This document shows positions 52,251 through 64,000 of a DNA stretch of 64,000 bases, piece after piece. Source of the stretch: Tubulanus polymorphus (taxonomy: Eukaryota; Animalia; Nemertea); the NCBI RefSeq assembly GCF_964204645.1, contig NC_134031.1:8618001-8682000 (forward strand), written 5' to 3'. The translations under genes were made by a program, and so were the position numbers. Numbering within the stretch: the first letter of the stretch is position 1; every line of letters starts with the position of its first letter. Below the pieces are notes generated by a model. It saw only the letters and a list, made by a program, of their open reading frames with translations, ran no database searches and was not told the DNA's origin.

Positions 52251-53185
52251 CTTTAGAACACTATTGTCCATAAAATAATTTTCTAGAAATCCGAAAAGTT
52301 CATCGGCCCATCCATAATTCAGCTTGTAAAAAAATCAGCCTTAAGAGTAGACAAGAAACGAAATTCTTAATATGGACTTTCCTCAATTTAAATGAGTGGA
52401 GTTTATGTAACCGGCTGGTTGTTGTATCGGCAGGCTGGCTGGGTGACTAGCATTTACACCAGCGGTACAGGATTCCATCCATCAGGAACAACAAGGCAGT
52501 TAAACCTTATATGTACAATCTTTATTGCATCCCGGAATGAAAATGATTATCATAGCTTTACATAGTCTTTATATACCAGGGATGATAACAGACCATTATT
52601 GAAAAGGCGGAAACGAGCGCCGTAGGCGCGAAGTAATTACGGGGGGTCTGGGGGCCCTCCCCCCAGAAAATTTTTGATTTTCACATCATCTCAGATCGTT
52701 TTTCAGCAGTTTTCCGATTGAAATTTCACTCAGCAAAGCCAAAAAATCAAACAACATCGTCCATGTTTTACACAACACACTGCTAGTTCCAAGACGGCAG
52801 GGACATAATTGATGCAGAGACAACTATAATGTAACTAGTAGGTTCGAATCCCACATTGATCAATCTTCTTGAAAGCGACGATCACTTGCCCACGCAATAG
52901 ATAATTGAATTAGACTTTATTTTCCAGCATGCATCATTAAAGCACTAATTTTTAATAAACTGATATCACAACAAGCTAGATTTCCATAAAAAAAACTTAA
53001 ATAGAACAGTGGGTTATCTTATGAATTTTCTAACGAAGTAAGGTTTGGAAAAATATTCTATAAAACACATGTACACATCATTACCAATCTAAACATACTA
53101 CATGTACATAGTCAGTACAGTCAGTCGGCATCATTTTATTTAACAAAACACATAAATGTTTTTCCAATAGTGGACAAGCCAGAGA

Positions 53186-55374
53186 TTACTTCTTTTTTAA
53201 TAGTCTTACAAGTTCCATCTGCTTATGTCTTTTAGCTTGTCGTTGTTTTGCACGCATAGCAGATACATGTGCCTCTCGGGCTTTCTTTGCAGCTGAGATG
53301 CACTGTTCGCGGGCTTTGCGTTTTGAAACTTTCTTAACCTCTTTAGCCTGAAGTTCCTCCATACGAGCCGCTTTCTTATCTTTTTCACCCTGCAATTCAT
53401 CCTTGTATCGTTTAGCTGCAGTGTTCATATTTTTAACGAGATTTGGACACACAGGGTCATGAAGAATATCTTCTCTTTTGAAAAAGTCTACAGCTGACGT
53501 TTTGCCTAATCCGTATTTCACACTCTGGATTGCGCTGAAAGATTTGACATGAAGTCTATTGGTTGTGCTGTTCAGAATTTCGCCCATAATGCTAAACGAG
53601 CTCTCGACAACTGGGCAACTGAAACAGCTAAGTAAAGCAAATACCATGCGACAGAGGTATGGATATTTGCCCAAATCATGTACAGCAGCCCACCAGGAAT
53701 CGATTCTAACTTGCTTTCCATCTTTATCAACTGCTGCTGGCAGACTGGAATCCGAGTGGAATTTATGCACTTCTAATTTATAACAGTTGATCTCCGTTTC
53801 ATTAGCCAGAACATTGACGACTAATTGTGGGAGTTTTTTCATATATTTCAGTGCCGTTTCATGTCGCTGGCATTTTGGGTCTATTGCCGAGATATACCGG
53901 AGAAGTTTATTGTCGATAGGCATTTTTTTAGCGAGGTACTGGGCGGTATTGAGATAGGCCCTCTCGACACGATCATGAAAGTCTTTGACAAACTGGGATG
54001 ATTTATTTTCCCCCGCAATTATTTGGGATGCAGATTCGCCTATGAACATCTCAGTGGTTGGCAGGAGGTTTTCTGAGATTATCAGAGAAGACAACTTTCG
54101 ATCCGATTCAGGAATTGCAGATGGTTTAACACAAAGGGAAATGAAATCCCTGAATAATTGACATTGCTCATCATTGAGCTTGTGGACACATGGCTCTTCA
54201 ACAGTTTGGAATAAGAGTACATATCTTTTTAGAACTGGCAATACCGCCGTGTAAAAATGCACATAAAGCTTAAGCTTTTTACGCTGAATGATGAGTTTAT
54301 CGATAATTCGTAGCTTTCTTTCTTTTCCTTCCGCTGTCAGATTTTTCCATTTGGCGGCAGCAGCAACATAGATTTTTTTGATCTCATCTTTCGTGGGTTC
54401 AGACAAGTTAAATTTGCGATATATGTCAACACATAGAGCCAAATACACGATTTTGTCTTTCTGTATAAATCCATAGTACAGCAGAGTATATCCATCGATT
54501 TTGCGAATAAGGTCTGACGCCGCATCATGGACCGATAGCCATCGGGTTCCGACGTACCGCTCGGGCATCGAAAACCCAATGCCTAAGAGATCAAGGATAA
54601 TTTGGAGCCAGTTTTCTACGTCCTTAGAAAAATGCAAATCACTTGCAATATCGGTTATCAATTTCTCTATGAATCCATCAAATTCTTTTGTGAAATGTTT
54701 CGCGGCGTTGTGAGTGTGATGTATCGAATCACCGTCGATGTCAAGCAAATGCTGGGCCAAATTATCCTTTATTAACTTCTCCAAGCCAGTTTTACTACCT
54801 CTCATGACGTTACAGCTGTCGAGGAGGACAGACATTAATCGGTTATAATCTAAATCACGCTGCTGGAAAACCTCAACCAAAGCACTATAAACAGATGCGC
54901 TAGTGGTAGAAATAAGATTACATGAGGCCAAATGTCTGACAACAACTTGTCTCTCCTTCTCACTAAAGTAACTGACAAGGATCGACAGAACTTTTTTTGT
55001 GGATTGGCTTGTAGCCTCATCGATGTTTAGTGAATAGAACGTATTTCTGAGTTCATCCGCTAACTGTTCTTCGGTGGTTTGCGCCAGACCCAGTCGCATC
55101 TTATATGAAGCCGCTAAACGACCCATAGACAATTTGCTTAATGCTGCCCGATCCATGGCAAGTGCTTTTGCCAACTCAATCAATTTTGGAGACTGAGAAA
55201 ACGGCAATGAGTTTTCAGCAATATATGAAAGAACTAAAGCCTCCTGGCTTACGACCCGGTCCGATATTGGGACTTTAGGTTTAGCGGTCGTCGTAACGGC
55301 CTGTTGTTCATTATTTGGATTTTGGAATATTGGGCAGATCCCGTAAGATCGACCAACATCGGCTCCCGAACTAC
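53186..55374 (-). CDS. hAT-like transposase, exon 2 (DDE core and dimerisation region)
   Basis: FYSLNIDEAT, VLLDSCNVM, TRWLS, SWWAAV..KYPYL and VESSFS. Acceptor TTCACTTTCAG at 55375, no internal stops. Confidence 0.9.
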
Positions 55375-55500
55375 CTGAAAGTGAATGCAAATTCTAGTTC
55401 TTTATTCGGTTTGATTTTACAATTTAAGAAAAACTTGAAAATCGTCTAATTTTATTTACAAATATTAACCTGTGTGGCATGTGAACGTAGGCCTACTTAC

Positions 55501-55786
55501 CTGGAAGTACGTAATTAGATCTCCGTTCTTTGACGATGTCAACGTGTTTCTGAGTTTTAGCGTGGTTTTCAAGCGCAATTCGACCCTTACTTCCGTATTT
55601 TATTTCTGTTTGGCACCAGAGACAATAAGCTTTCCCCGGTATGTCTATCTTCCTCACGAAGTCAGCGAGAGGAATCCCATCAACCATTTTCTCCAGCCAA
55701 TCCCACTTCCATAGGTTTTTTTTAAATTCTTTTTGGTCGATTGTCCTGGGGTCAATCGTCCCAACTCTCTCAACAATTTTCCACAT
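55501..55786 (-). CDS. hAT-like transposase, exon 1 (BED-like zinc finger)
   Basis: MWKIVERV..WKWDWL..AYCLWCQTEIKYGSKGRIALENHAKTQKH. Phase-1 GTAAGT donor at 55500 joins exon 2 in frame, giving ~824 aa. Confidence 0.85.
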
Positions 55787-56365
55787 GATTCTATATCGCA
55801 ATTTCACACTACGCACACGTGTTTAAAACACAAGCATGTACTATTAAAAACGACCACCGCTCGGTGAAAAATCAATAATGTAGATACATGTATATACATA
55901 TATCCAGACACGCGCTCGCCAACCGACAGAGAAAACTTTGTTAGTATACAAATGCCGCTAAATGATCGCATTTAAAAATAGATCGGGAAACGATTTTATG
56001 GTCATGCCAATCTATCCTTACAATGCTGGAAAACCACAGTCATCGTCCTAACCCCCACCCCATTTTTTCAACGGATATGCATTGATCTGAGAAATGATAA
56101 AAATTGATTGAAAAGGCGGAAATCCGCCGATCGGCGGAAAATTATCATCCCTGATATACAGAATCATGAGTATAATGTGAGAACTAGGTGTCAGACAAGT
56201 TGTAGACATCAGGACTCACAAACAAACACCTAGTGACATGTTTGAGAGACATTAATTAATTATCGATGAGCACTGACTATACTTAATTATCGTGAAAACA
56301 TGTTGAATAATGTAAAATGTTGATTACGACCTTAAAGCACATATTGACACTAAAGTCATAAGTTA

Positions 56366-56413
<48 letters not shown>

Positions 56414-57932
56414 CATTAATATGTAGTAGAGCTATGAAATATTATGAACTCTTCGATATGACATTGTAGATCTATATGATTATGAAATATGCAAATTATA
56501 TCAGGGTGACAGATGCCCCCTTGTCCAATTAAATTTGGTCCTCCAAATTTGCGGAAGACGCAGATACTATAAGTTCATCAAAACTCCTTCCATCGCGAAA
56601 ACATGAAAGATTGACTTTCACCGCGCGAAAATGTGCAAACGCTGGACAGTAACGGCCGGATTCTCAGTCATTCACGAAAGAGTCACATGTTGTAGTTATT
56701 TACGGACGATGCGATAATACGTTAACTGTGATTTTGAATGATCTGCAGAGGATCCCCGAATTCTGGTTGGTTCTGCGACGAACAGAAGTAGCGACATGTT
56801 GTGTAGTTATAGCGTCCCGAAGATCAGTTGGTGATGCAAGTTGCAAGTAGTACGCATTTCTCTGTTTTGAAGATCTTTCGATTATTGACTGGAAATAACT
56901 TCGTGACACAATGATAGTAACACGCAACATTTGACATCAGAGCAGAGTTCAGGCAATGACAAAACACAAATACAGTTACCCTTGTCAACCAAAAGGAAAA
57001 AATTATCATCATCCAAAATAAGTGGCCAGGTGTAACTGAGATTATATATTTGTCCACATAAAAATTCAACCAATTCATCTTCATGTTTTAGTTATACTAA
57101 CAAACAAAAAATATGAACCTATGAAAATGAAAATTGCCGAATAAACCTTTAGTATAGTCGAAATAGTTTGTTGCGAAAAAGTATAGATACGCACTGTACT
57201 GTAAGTAGATGAATTTGACTAATTAACCTTAGACATATCCCCTGAGAAGTGTTCCGTATTCTAATACTTATAGTACGAAATGAAACTAAAATTGATTTAT
57301 GCTGATTGGAACTAGATGCCTAGAAAAAAAGAATTGTGAATCATACTATTTAAACCGGCGATAACTTTTTTGATCGTACGGTAGTATCTTATATCCAAAT
57401 TCCTATAATTTTCTATCATGTTCATCTGACCACTAATTCGAGACAAAGAAGCAACTGTATTACCTTCGGCTGACAAAAAGTTACCGTAATGCATTGTACC
57501 CACTGAAACAGCAGCAATGTTCACGATCAGTACGGCCATCTCGTCACAGCTGTAGATGAATACGATCTTCTCGTGAGGTCAACGTTCCAGTCACAACCAA
57601 TAGTTTAACAGCTTCATCTGTACTTGTGTTAGTCACGAGGACTTAAATTTGGGTTCTCCACCATCTGTAACCGTCGATCTGTGAAGGTAAACCCGGTTCT
57701 CCGCCATCTGTAACCGGCTGGTTGTTGTATCGGCAGGCTGGCTGGGGAACTAGCATTTACACCAGCGGTACAGGATTCCATCCATCAGGAACAACAAGGC
57801 AGTTAAACCTTATACGTACAATCTTTATTGCATCCCGGAATGAGAATGATTATCATAGCTTTACATAGTCTTTATATACAGAATCATGAGTATAATGTGA
57901 GAACTAGGTGTCAGACAAGTTGTAGACATCAG

Positions 57933-58825
57933 GGGCCGGTTTCACAAAGCATAATTAACTTTAATTATAATTAGGACCTAAATCATGATTAAATTTCCTT
58001 AATCATGATTAGTTAATTACGATTAAAATTCGGTTTCACGAAAGGGTTTAATTACAAAATTAACTAATTACATAATTAGGCAACTTAATTACAATTTAAC
58101 TGTATCAAAATGGCGGAACTTTATACAGCCATTTGCTGTCCAAGCATCAACAACAGGAACAACCTTCCTTGTTTAGAGGAAAAGAGAAATTCACTCCTTT
58201 GGGAGTTAAAGATTGCTCTGAAAGGTCTCAGGAACCAGTGGAAAAACTTAGCAAGATGTCTCAAAAGTTTTTAAATAGAAACTCACCTCCAGTCAGCAAA
58301 ATAAAATCCTCGTAAATGGGGTTTATTTCCGAGCAGTGATTAGCACTTTTTTAACACTTACTCCATAGATATGTACTCTACTGACAGAAATCTATCATAT
58401 GTATGGACAAAATCAATTAATTCAATACTTCTAAGTATGTGGTGGTCGTGCTGACAAAAACATAGGACGTTTGAAAATAAATCAATAGAATTTAGAGTAT
58501 TGACATTTTACAAAAGGCAAAAAATCCAAATTATTTGAGCCAAACAATCTGAAAAACTGAATAAGTGTAGGAATTGCCGTCATCAATTAATAAACACCAA
58601 ATTCCATGAATAATATCTGCAGCTTTTTGTTTTTAATAATAAACTAATGATGATTAAATGGTTTAATTACACTCTAGAGGAGAATTAAATTTTGTAATTA
58701 ACTTAATTATAATTAAAGTTAATTACGTTTTGTGAAACACCTAACTTGATTAAATCATGATAATTTAATCATGATTAGTGATTTAATCATAATTAAGGGT
58801 TAATTACGCTTTGTGAAACCGGCCC
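57933..58825. mobile_element. Harbinger-type MITE with CAG TSD in the 5' LTR
   Basis: TIR GGGCCGGTTTCACAAAGC with CAG duplicated. Empty site CATCAGGACT in the other LTR copies. Confidence 0.88.
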
Positions 58826-58982
58826 CAGGACTCACAAACAAACACCTAGTGACATGTTTGAGAGACATTAATTAATTATCGATGAGCACTGACTATAGCT
58901 AATTATCGTGAAAACATGTTGAGTAATGTCACATGTTGATTACGACCTTAAAGCACATACTGACACTATAGTCATAAGTTAT

Positions 58983-59244
58983 ATTATTATCATTATTATC
59001 ATTATTATCATTATTATTATCATTATTATTATCATTATTATTATCATTGTTATTATCATTATTATTATCATTATTATTATCATTATTATTATCATTATTA
59101 TTATCATTATTATTATCAATATTATTATCATTATTATTATCATTATTATTATCATTATTATTATCATTATTATTATCATTATTATTATCATTATTATTAT
59201 CATTATTATTATCATTATCATTATTATTTATTATTATTATTAAT

Positions 59245-59302
<58 letters not shown>

Positions 59303-59310
59303 CATCATTA
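58983..59310. repeat. (ATTATTATTATC)n / (ATT)n microsatellite inside the LTR
   Basis: Direct reading. It is the source of the poly-Ile/Leu ORFs. Confidence 0.97.
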
Positions 59311-60069
59311 ATATGTAGTAGAGCTATGAAATATTATGAACTGTTCGATATGACATTGTAGATCTATATGATTATGAAATATGCAAATTATATCAGGGTG
59401 ACATTTAATCCAGCATTAAAATTAAACATTGGTATTCTAGAGACTAAGTAGAATAAATGCATTTAATGATAAAGAGTGAAAACTCCATTGTATTGAATTC
59501 AAATGATGGGAGAAAATTGACTTTTTACCGACAATTAGATCAAAAATAAGGGCAGAAAATATCAAGAAAGAAATTTCTTTTTTTCAAGTTATAAATGGAA
59601 AGGCATAACTATCTTTGGCATAAAGTTTTTGGCAGAATTTCAGAGAACCGTGCTCCAAGTAATCAAAAAGCCTAAGATATCCCCCTTGATCCTAAGATGT
59701 CCCCCATTGTCTATTGACACAATCTCCATGAAGCACTATACATGTTGTAATCACATTCAACACAACTGCATGATGATTCATCACTGGGTTTTCCCCACTG
59801 ACCCAAATAGTTCATGGAGTGACGATCTCATTTATTTCTTACACTGTGTACGAAGTTTGTTAGACCATTTATTTTCGTAAATTGAGCAATTTCCAAGATT
59901 CACTTCCACCTTTCACAATTTCACTATACAAAATTCGCTGCTTTTCACAGTGGCCCACGACAAACCCTGGCAGTTGATTCATTTACAGTTTCAAAGAAAA
60001 CTTTAACTAGGCCACACGCTAGGCGCGCTTTTCATATACATGCACAGATCAATAAACCACATAGCAGCG

Positions 60070-60400
60070 AGTTCCTCCCTCGGCAGGAATTCGAACTTGA
60101 TTGCATTGCTACACTCAGCCAAGGAATGAACCCCTGCCATAGTAAGCCTGGTACACAGGTACATGCTGCACGAAAACTTGCGGCACCAATCACATTGCTT
60201 GTTGTAAAATTGGTGAGGTTGATTTAATGGAAGAACTATAAATCGGAAAACCTGGGCTAAAATAAAATGGGATTTCTGATTGGCTAATAATGACATCATC
60301 TAAGCTGCGCGTGTAGCTGCACACTCGGTCTAGTGTGGCAGGATTTCGTACCATGACTATCTTGATGCCATCAGGTTCGAATCCCTGCCGGGGGAGGATG
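60070..60400. repeat. Divergently oriented pair of related tRNA-like (SINE) heads
   Basis: Plus strand TGGCAGG..GGTTCGAATCCCTGCCGGGGAGG (60336-60398). Minus strand TGGCAGG..AGTTCGAATTCCTGCCGAGGGAGG (60074-60140). Confidence 0.45.
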
Positions 60401-60811
60401 CCAGTATAAGTGACACACACTTGTGTGAAGCCATGAACAGGGCATGTGATCTTCCGAAATGAAATGTAGTTCCAACAACAAAAAATAAATTAATAAATAA
60501 GATTCCGAGGATTCCGATGAAATTCAATAGGGTTAGAGATTTTTTTACTGTATTGAATGTTTTGAAAGTTCCGAAGAGAAACAAAGCCTCGTTTGGAAGT
60601 TATTTTGTATCAAAGGAAGAAAGTTTTATATGCAATAGCAAAAATTAGAAAAGACACTTGCCTATGAAGTGAGAACAAATTTTGGTGAAAAAGGTTACTC
60701 TGAAACTTCGGAATTTATACAGGTTTAACATGAGTTTTTGTATGAAATGTTGATAGAATATTAGCTTTTCATATAATGGATACTGGGATTGATATACACT
60801 GTATCACCAAC

Positions 60812-60921
60812 CTTTAAGCAAATACAGAGGGAAAATGGAAAGGTACATGCCACCATTAACCATGATATAATAGTCAAGACCCAGCCACAGCAACCAAGAC
60901 CTTCAATGGCATTTTCATCAG
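60812..60921 (-). CDS. Stomatin exon encoding the membrane hairpin (DENAIEGLGCCGWVLTIISWLMVACTFPFSLCICLK)
   Basis: 110 nt, phase 1 to 0, TTTATTTATAG acceptor and GTTGGT donor. Contains the CGW palmitoylation motif and the conserved hairpin proline. Confidence 0.95.
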
Positions 60922-61567
60922 CTATAAATAAACAAAACATATGAACATCATACAAGACAATTAGGTTAATGGTGGAATTTAGATGATGTAATGGAATCAT
61001 ATCAAGTGGCTTAACTAAAGTGATATAACCATACTACAGAGAAAAGGTCTGCCCTATATCAACCTTAAAGTAATGTCACATTAAATCCATACAGAAATCC
61101 AAGATTCTGTCGAATCAAGATCATCTATTTGATGTTTTCATTATGTAACATCTGTTACCAGCAAAAAACCAATCTTTCATCAGAACTAATGCAAATATTT
61201 GCTGAGAAGGGTTCTAACTTATCCAAGATCCTGGGATTTATCAAACCCTCAAGAAATTTTTAAGAAGATGTAATTTCAAAATAAATCACATACTTCATGT
61301 AATCATGTTGACTCATATCATATATCAATATCATTGGCAAGATCATTTTTTTCTAATTAAAACTTAATCAATTAACTAATTTCTGCCAATTAAGTGGCCA
61401 ATGGTGAAGTGATTGACTGTCAGATACACGGTTATTGTACAGACATGTACACTCAGAATTCCCTGATCACTATCCCCAAATTCTCTGATCCATGCGAGAT
61501 ATAGTCTGAACATGATGGTAGAAGTCCCCAATTCGAATTTTATATGAAATAATCTATTAAAACGAAA

Positions 61568-61609
61568 CCACAACGTTTCTGCTGGTGACTAACAGCCATC
61601 ATCAGGTGG
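61568..61609 (-). ncRNA. Second copy of the minimal hammerhead motif (stem II mutated)
   Basis: CCAC-CTGATGA-T-GGCTGTT-AGTC-ACCAGCA-GAAA-CGTT-GTGG. Flanks are homologous to 24314-24410. Confidence 0.65.
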
Positions 61610-62857
61610 AATGACCAGAAAATAGAAGAACATATAAACTTACTGGACATAAACGAAAGCATGAACGTGTCAGAATAAATGTTAACAGAACAAGTGACAA
61701 ATGAAAACAAACAGGTGTACCATAGAAACCACAATTCGAGAAAACGAACAACTTATTATTAGCAGGGGCATCAGAAGAAAATTTTCATGGGGCACTCAGG
61801 TCGCCCTACGACACGACACAACTGACGACCACTAGTTGTGAACTGCGCTCAGGTCGCTTACAACAAGAACATTACAGGGATTCATCAATTCAATTTGATT
61901 CAATCTGCTAATAATAAGGCGATAAAGTAGTTTGTCGTTTTCGTTCAAAAATCACTTTTTAAGTATATTTCAAGATGAAGACTGTTCTATTTGTCAGTGT
62001 TTATAGAATGAACAAAAAGACAGTTATTGACAAAAAGTGGGCCAAAAAAAATTGTTTTAATAAACATTATATAGCAGGACTCGTACCCATAAACAGCAGC
62101 AAAGTGAAGGTAATCTTAGTTGGCAAAAACGCCGCACAACAAGTGGTGGTCGCTGCAACACATTGCTGAAAGTTCAACATGTTCAACTCATAGCGACTGG
62201 GAGTTTTCTGTCCCTGACCCGTCGCTATCAATTGTAGACACGCTCAGGTCACTAGGTTAATGGGACCACAGACTTAACTATTGAATGAATTTCATGTTTC
62301 TGCCAAACGTTTTAGCCTATGCTATTTGTTTTGTTAAACGATTCTGTTAAAGACAAATCTAGTTTATTCTGATGTTTTCCATCATGCGCCAGCCAAGAGA
62401 TATATATTAATCAAGATTTGTATTGAAAAACCCATTTAATACAACAATTTCGCCACTTTCCCCTACACAAGATTCGTATTTAACGTACAACTGTAAGGTT
62501 AATCTCGACTGACTGTGGTTTTTCCTACAAGAACTGTTATGCCCTATTGAAAAGAAAAATGAGAAGAAAACGATTTTTCTGAATGCAAAATACTCTGATG
62601 CATAAGAGGTAGATCGACCAGACAAATGTATGCATCAAAATGTTGAACCCAGGAAGAAAGCCAATAAATATTTGGATGGATATATGAAAGCTGTGGGTAC
62701 TGGAGTGTGTAATGGGTAGTGTAGTGTGATCTGTGTGCATTTGTGGCCAGCACACAGATCACATTGTTCATTGGGGTTTAGTCCAGGACTCGCGAGATTT
62801 TCAACAACACGGAAGTAACGTGTAATAAATGATGACTTGAATTGCATGACTACCTAC

Positions 62858-62867
62858 CACCCCTCAT
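62858..62867 (-). CDS. Candidate tiny first coding exon of stomatin (ATG AGG GGT G)
   Basis: AATA-ATGAGGGGTG|GTAGGT has the phase-1 donor required by the next exon and would give MRGADENAIEG. This may be chance, and the true first exon may lie outside the window. Confidence 0.25.
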
Positions 62868-63175
62868 TATTGTTGGAAAAGTAAACGTTCCGCACTGACT
62901 AAAAATTAGTAATAATAATTAATAACATTTTAGAAATGGCCAGAATTTTAACTTCGCGTAAATCCCGCGCGGTGGCGCCACCGAGCGGAGTGGGGCCAAT
63001 ACGTCGAGATACGTCGAGAGCGATGCCAGCGTTGGTGTCACTGAGGCAGGCTGATGATTGCTTGTTAGTCTTTTTGTTTGTTTACGTCGTTCGGACCTTG
63101 GTTTTTAAGCCTATTGGATTGTTCATTTAACCTCATGACGGGACGGCCTTTGAAGTGTTGCCCGCACCACTGTAA

Positions 63176-63266
63176 GCAGTCAGCAGGACTCGAACCCACA
63201 TGTCACTCAGCACTGATAGTGGATGCAACAGCATCAAGCCTTAGCTCACTGAGCTACTGCGGCTGC
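63176..63266 (-). mobile_element. tRNA(Ser/Leu)-derived SINE head or tRNA pseudogene
   Basis: GCAGCCGCAGTAGCTCAGTGAGCTAAGGC...GTGGGTTCGAGTCCTGCTGACTGC has A and B boxes but no canonical anticodon arm. Confidence 0.5.
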
Positions 63267-63279
63267 TCAGTTCAATTCC

Positions 63280-64000
63280 AAATAAATTGCCCATGGGCGA
63301 AGTGTGGTTTACCTTGAAAGCTAGAGGTTGTTTGGGGTAAGGGCATTGCTTGAAAAATCTTTTTAATTTGTGACTTCAAAGTTCTACAAGTTTAAATATT
63401 CTATTTTATCTTTCTTAAAGGATTATTTTGTAGTCAAAAGACCAAAGATATACATTTGTTAACGGTCCACATCAAAAATCAAAAATCCTGTAGGGTACAG
63501 GTAGGCGCGGCATGGAAACTATTTTATATTTTCAAAGAAATATTTTTCATAATATGAAAAAATATTCAAATAAAATTCATATGATGTCACATATCAGAGG
63601 GTGGCTGAATGTATGGCCGCGGAAGCTAAAATACCGGTGCAGTAAGAAATTGGCGTATTAGATCGTTTTAAATCCTGGAATTTACCACTACAATATTCAG
63701 ACCTCGACCTATACCTATTGTTTGCTGCTTAGTATTTTCAGGTCACAAGAAATTACAATTTATAACAAATTCTATCAAACAGAAAACACAGCGCTCATCT
63801 TCTGCTCCCTGCTGATGAAATGTCAAATGCGCCAGCAAGCAGCATTTCAGTATCACTATAATAGTGTATACTGTACGCGCGTGTTTGTGTGTGCAACAGT
63901 CTAATCTAATGATTTCCGCGCGCACGTGGAGGCCTTGTGTAAGTGAATGTTCGCTTACACTTCAATGTCAATCAAATCAATCACCGGGTATTAAAATGAA
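63280..64000 (-). mobile_element. HINE family A copy, cut by the window end
   Basis: AAATAAATTGCCCATGGGCGAAGTGTGGTTTACCTTG, colinear with 37925 onward. Confidence 0.75.

Larger units (their letters stand above)
52577..56153 (-). mobile_element. Apparently intact autonomous hAT-like DNA transposon (3577 bp) with a 6-bp TSD
   Basis: 12-bp TIR CAGGGATGATAA. ATATAC at 52571-52576 and 56154-56159, single in the other two LTR copies. Confidence 0.93.
52406..59403 (-). mobile_element. Non-autonomous LTR retroelement (TRIM-like; ~480-bp LTRs, 1.2-kb non-coding interior)
   Basis: LTRs 52406-56511 and 57709-59403 (TG..CA). TSD TTTA at 52402-52405 and 59404-59407. PBS TGGCGGAGAACCGGG at ~57692-57706 and PPT GGACAAGGGGG at ~56516-56526. 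A paralogous empty site exists at ~33100-33200. Confidence 0.9.

Noticed and set aside
53186-55390. 734-aa ORF taken as the complete protein or as a domesticated host gene
   Set aside because: Its listed start lies in an intron and a spliced upstream exon supplies the zinc finger. Intact TIRs and TSD show it is a transposon.
58926-59271. Poly-Ile / poly-Leu-Ser ORFs
   Set aside because: They are translations of the ATT/ATC microsatellite.
63176-63266. Functional tRNA gene
   Set aside because: Spacing between the acceptor stem and A box and the anticodon arm are non-canonical, so it is treated as a SINE head or pseudogene.

Overview
AT-rich eukaryotic (invertebrate animal, probably marine) genomic DNA, not prokaryotic. 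The one recognisable host gene is a stomatin/band-7 (SPFH, MEC-2-like) gene on the minus strand. It spans about 23.3-60.9 kb and its exons join into one reading frame with GT-AG sites. Its fifth visible exon position exists as two tandem 56-nt copies (27418-27473 and 25887-25942) that look like mutually exclusive exons, one canonical and one strongly altered, with clustered UGCAUG motifs nearby. The rest is largely nested transposable elements. These include a full-length decayed Ty3/Gypsy element (5380-15649) and a non-autonomous LTR element (52406-59403) whose two LTRs each carry a DNA transposon. One of those is an apparently intact, intron-containing hAT-like element with a 6-bp TSD. Also present are a Penelope fragment, minimal hammerhead ribozyme motifs, several Helentron-like (HINE/DINE-1-type) families, Harbinger/MULE/piggyBac/mariner MITEs, SINE/LINE remnants, and decayed MADF, HIRAN and possibly Polinton-like ORFs. 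All coordinates were read by eye and no database searches were run.
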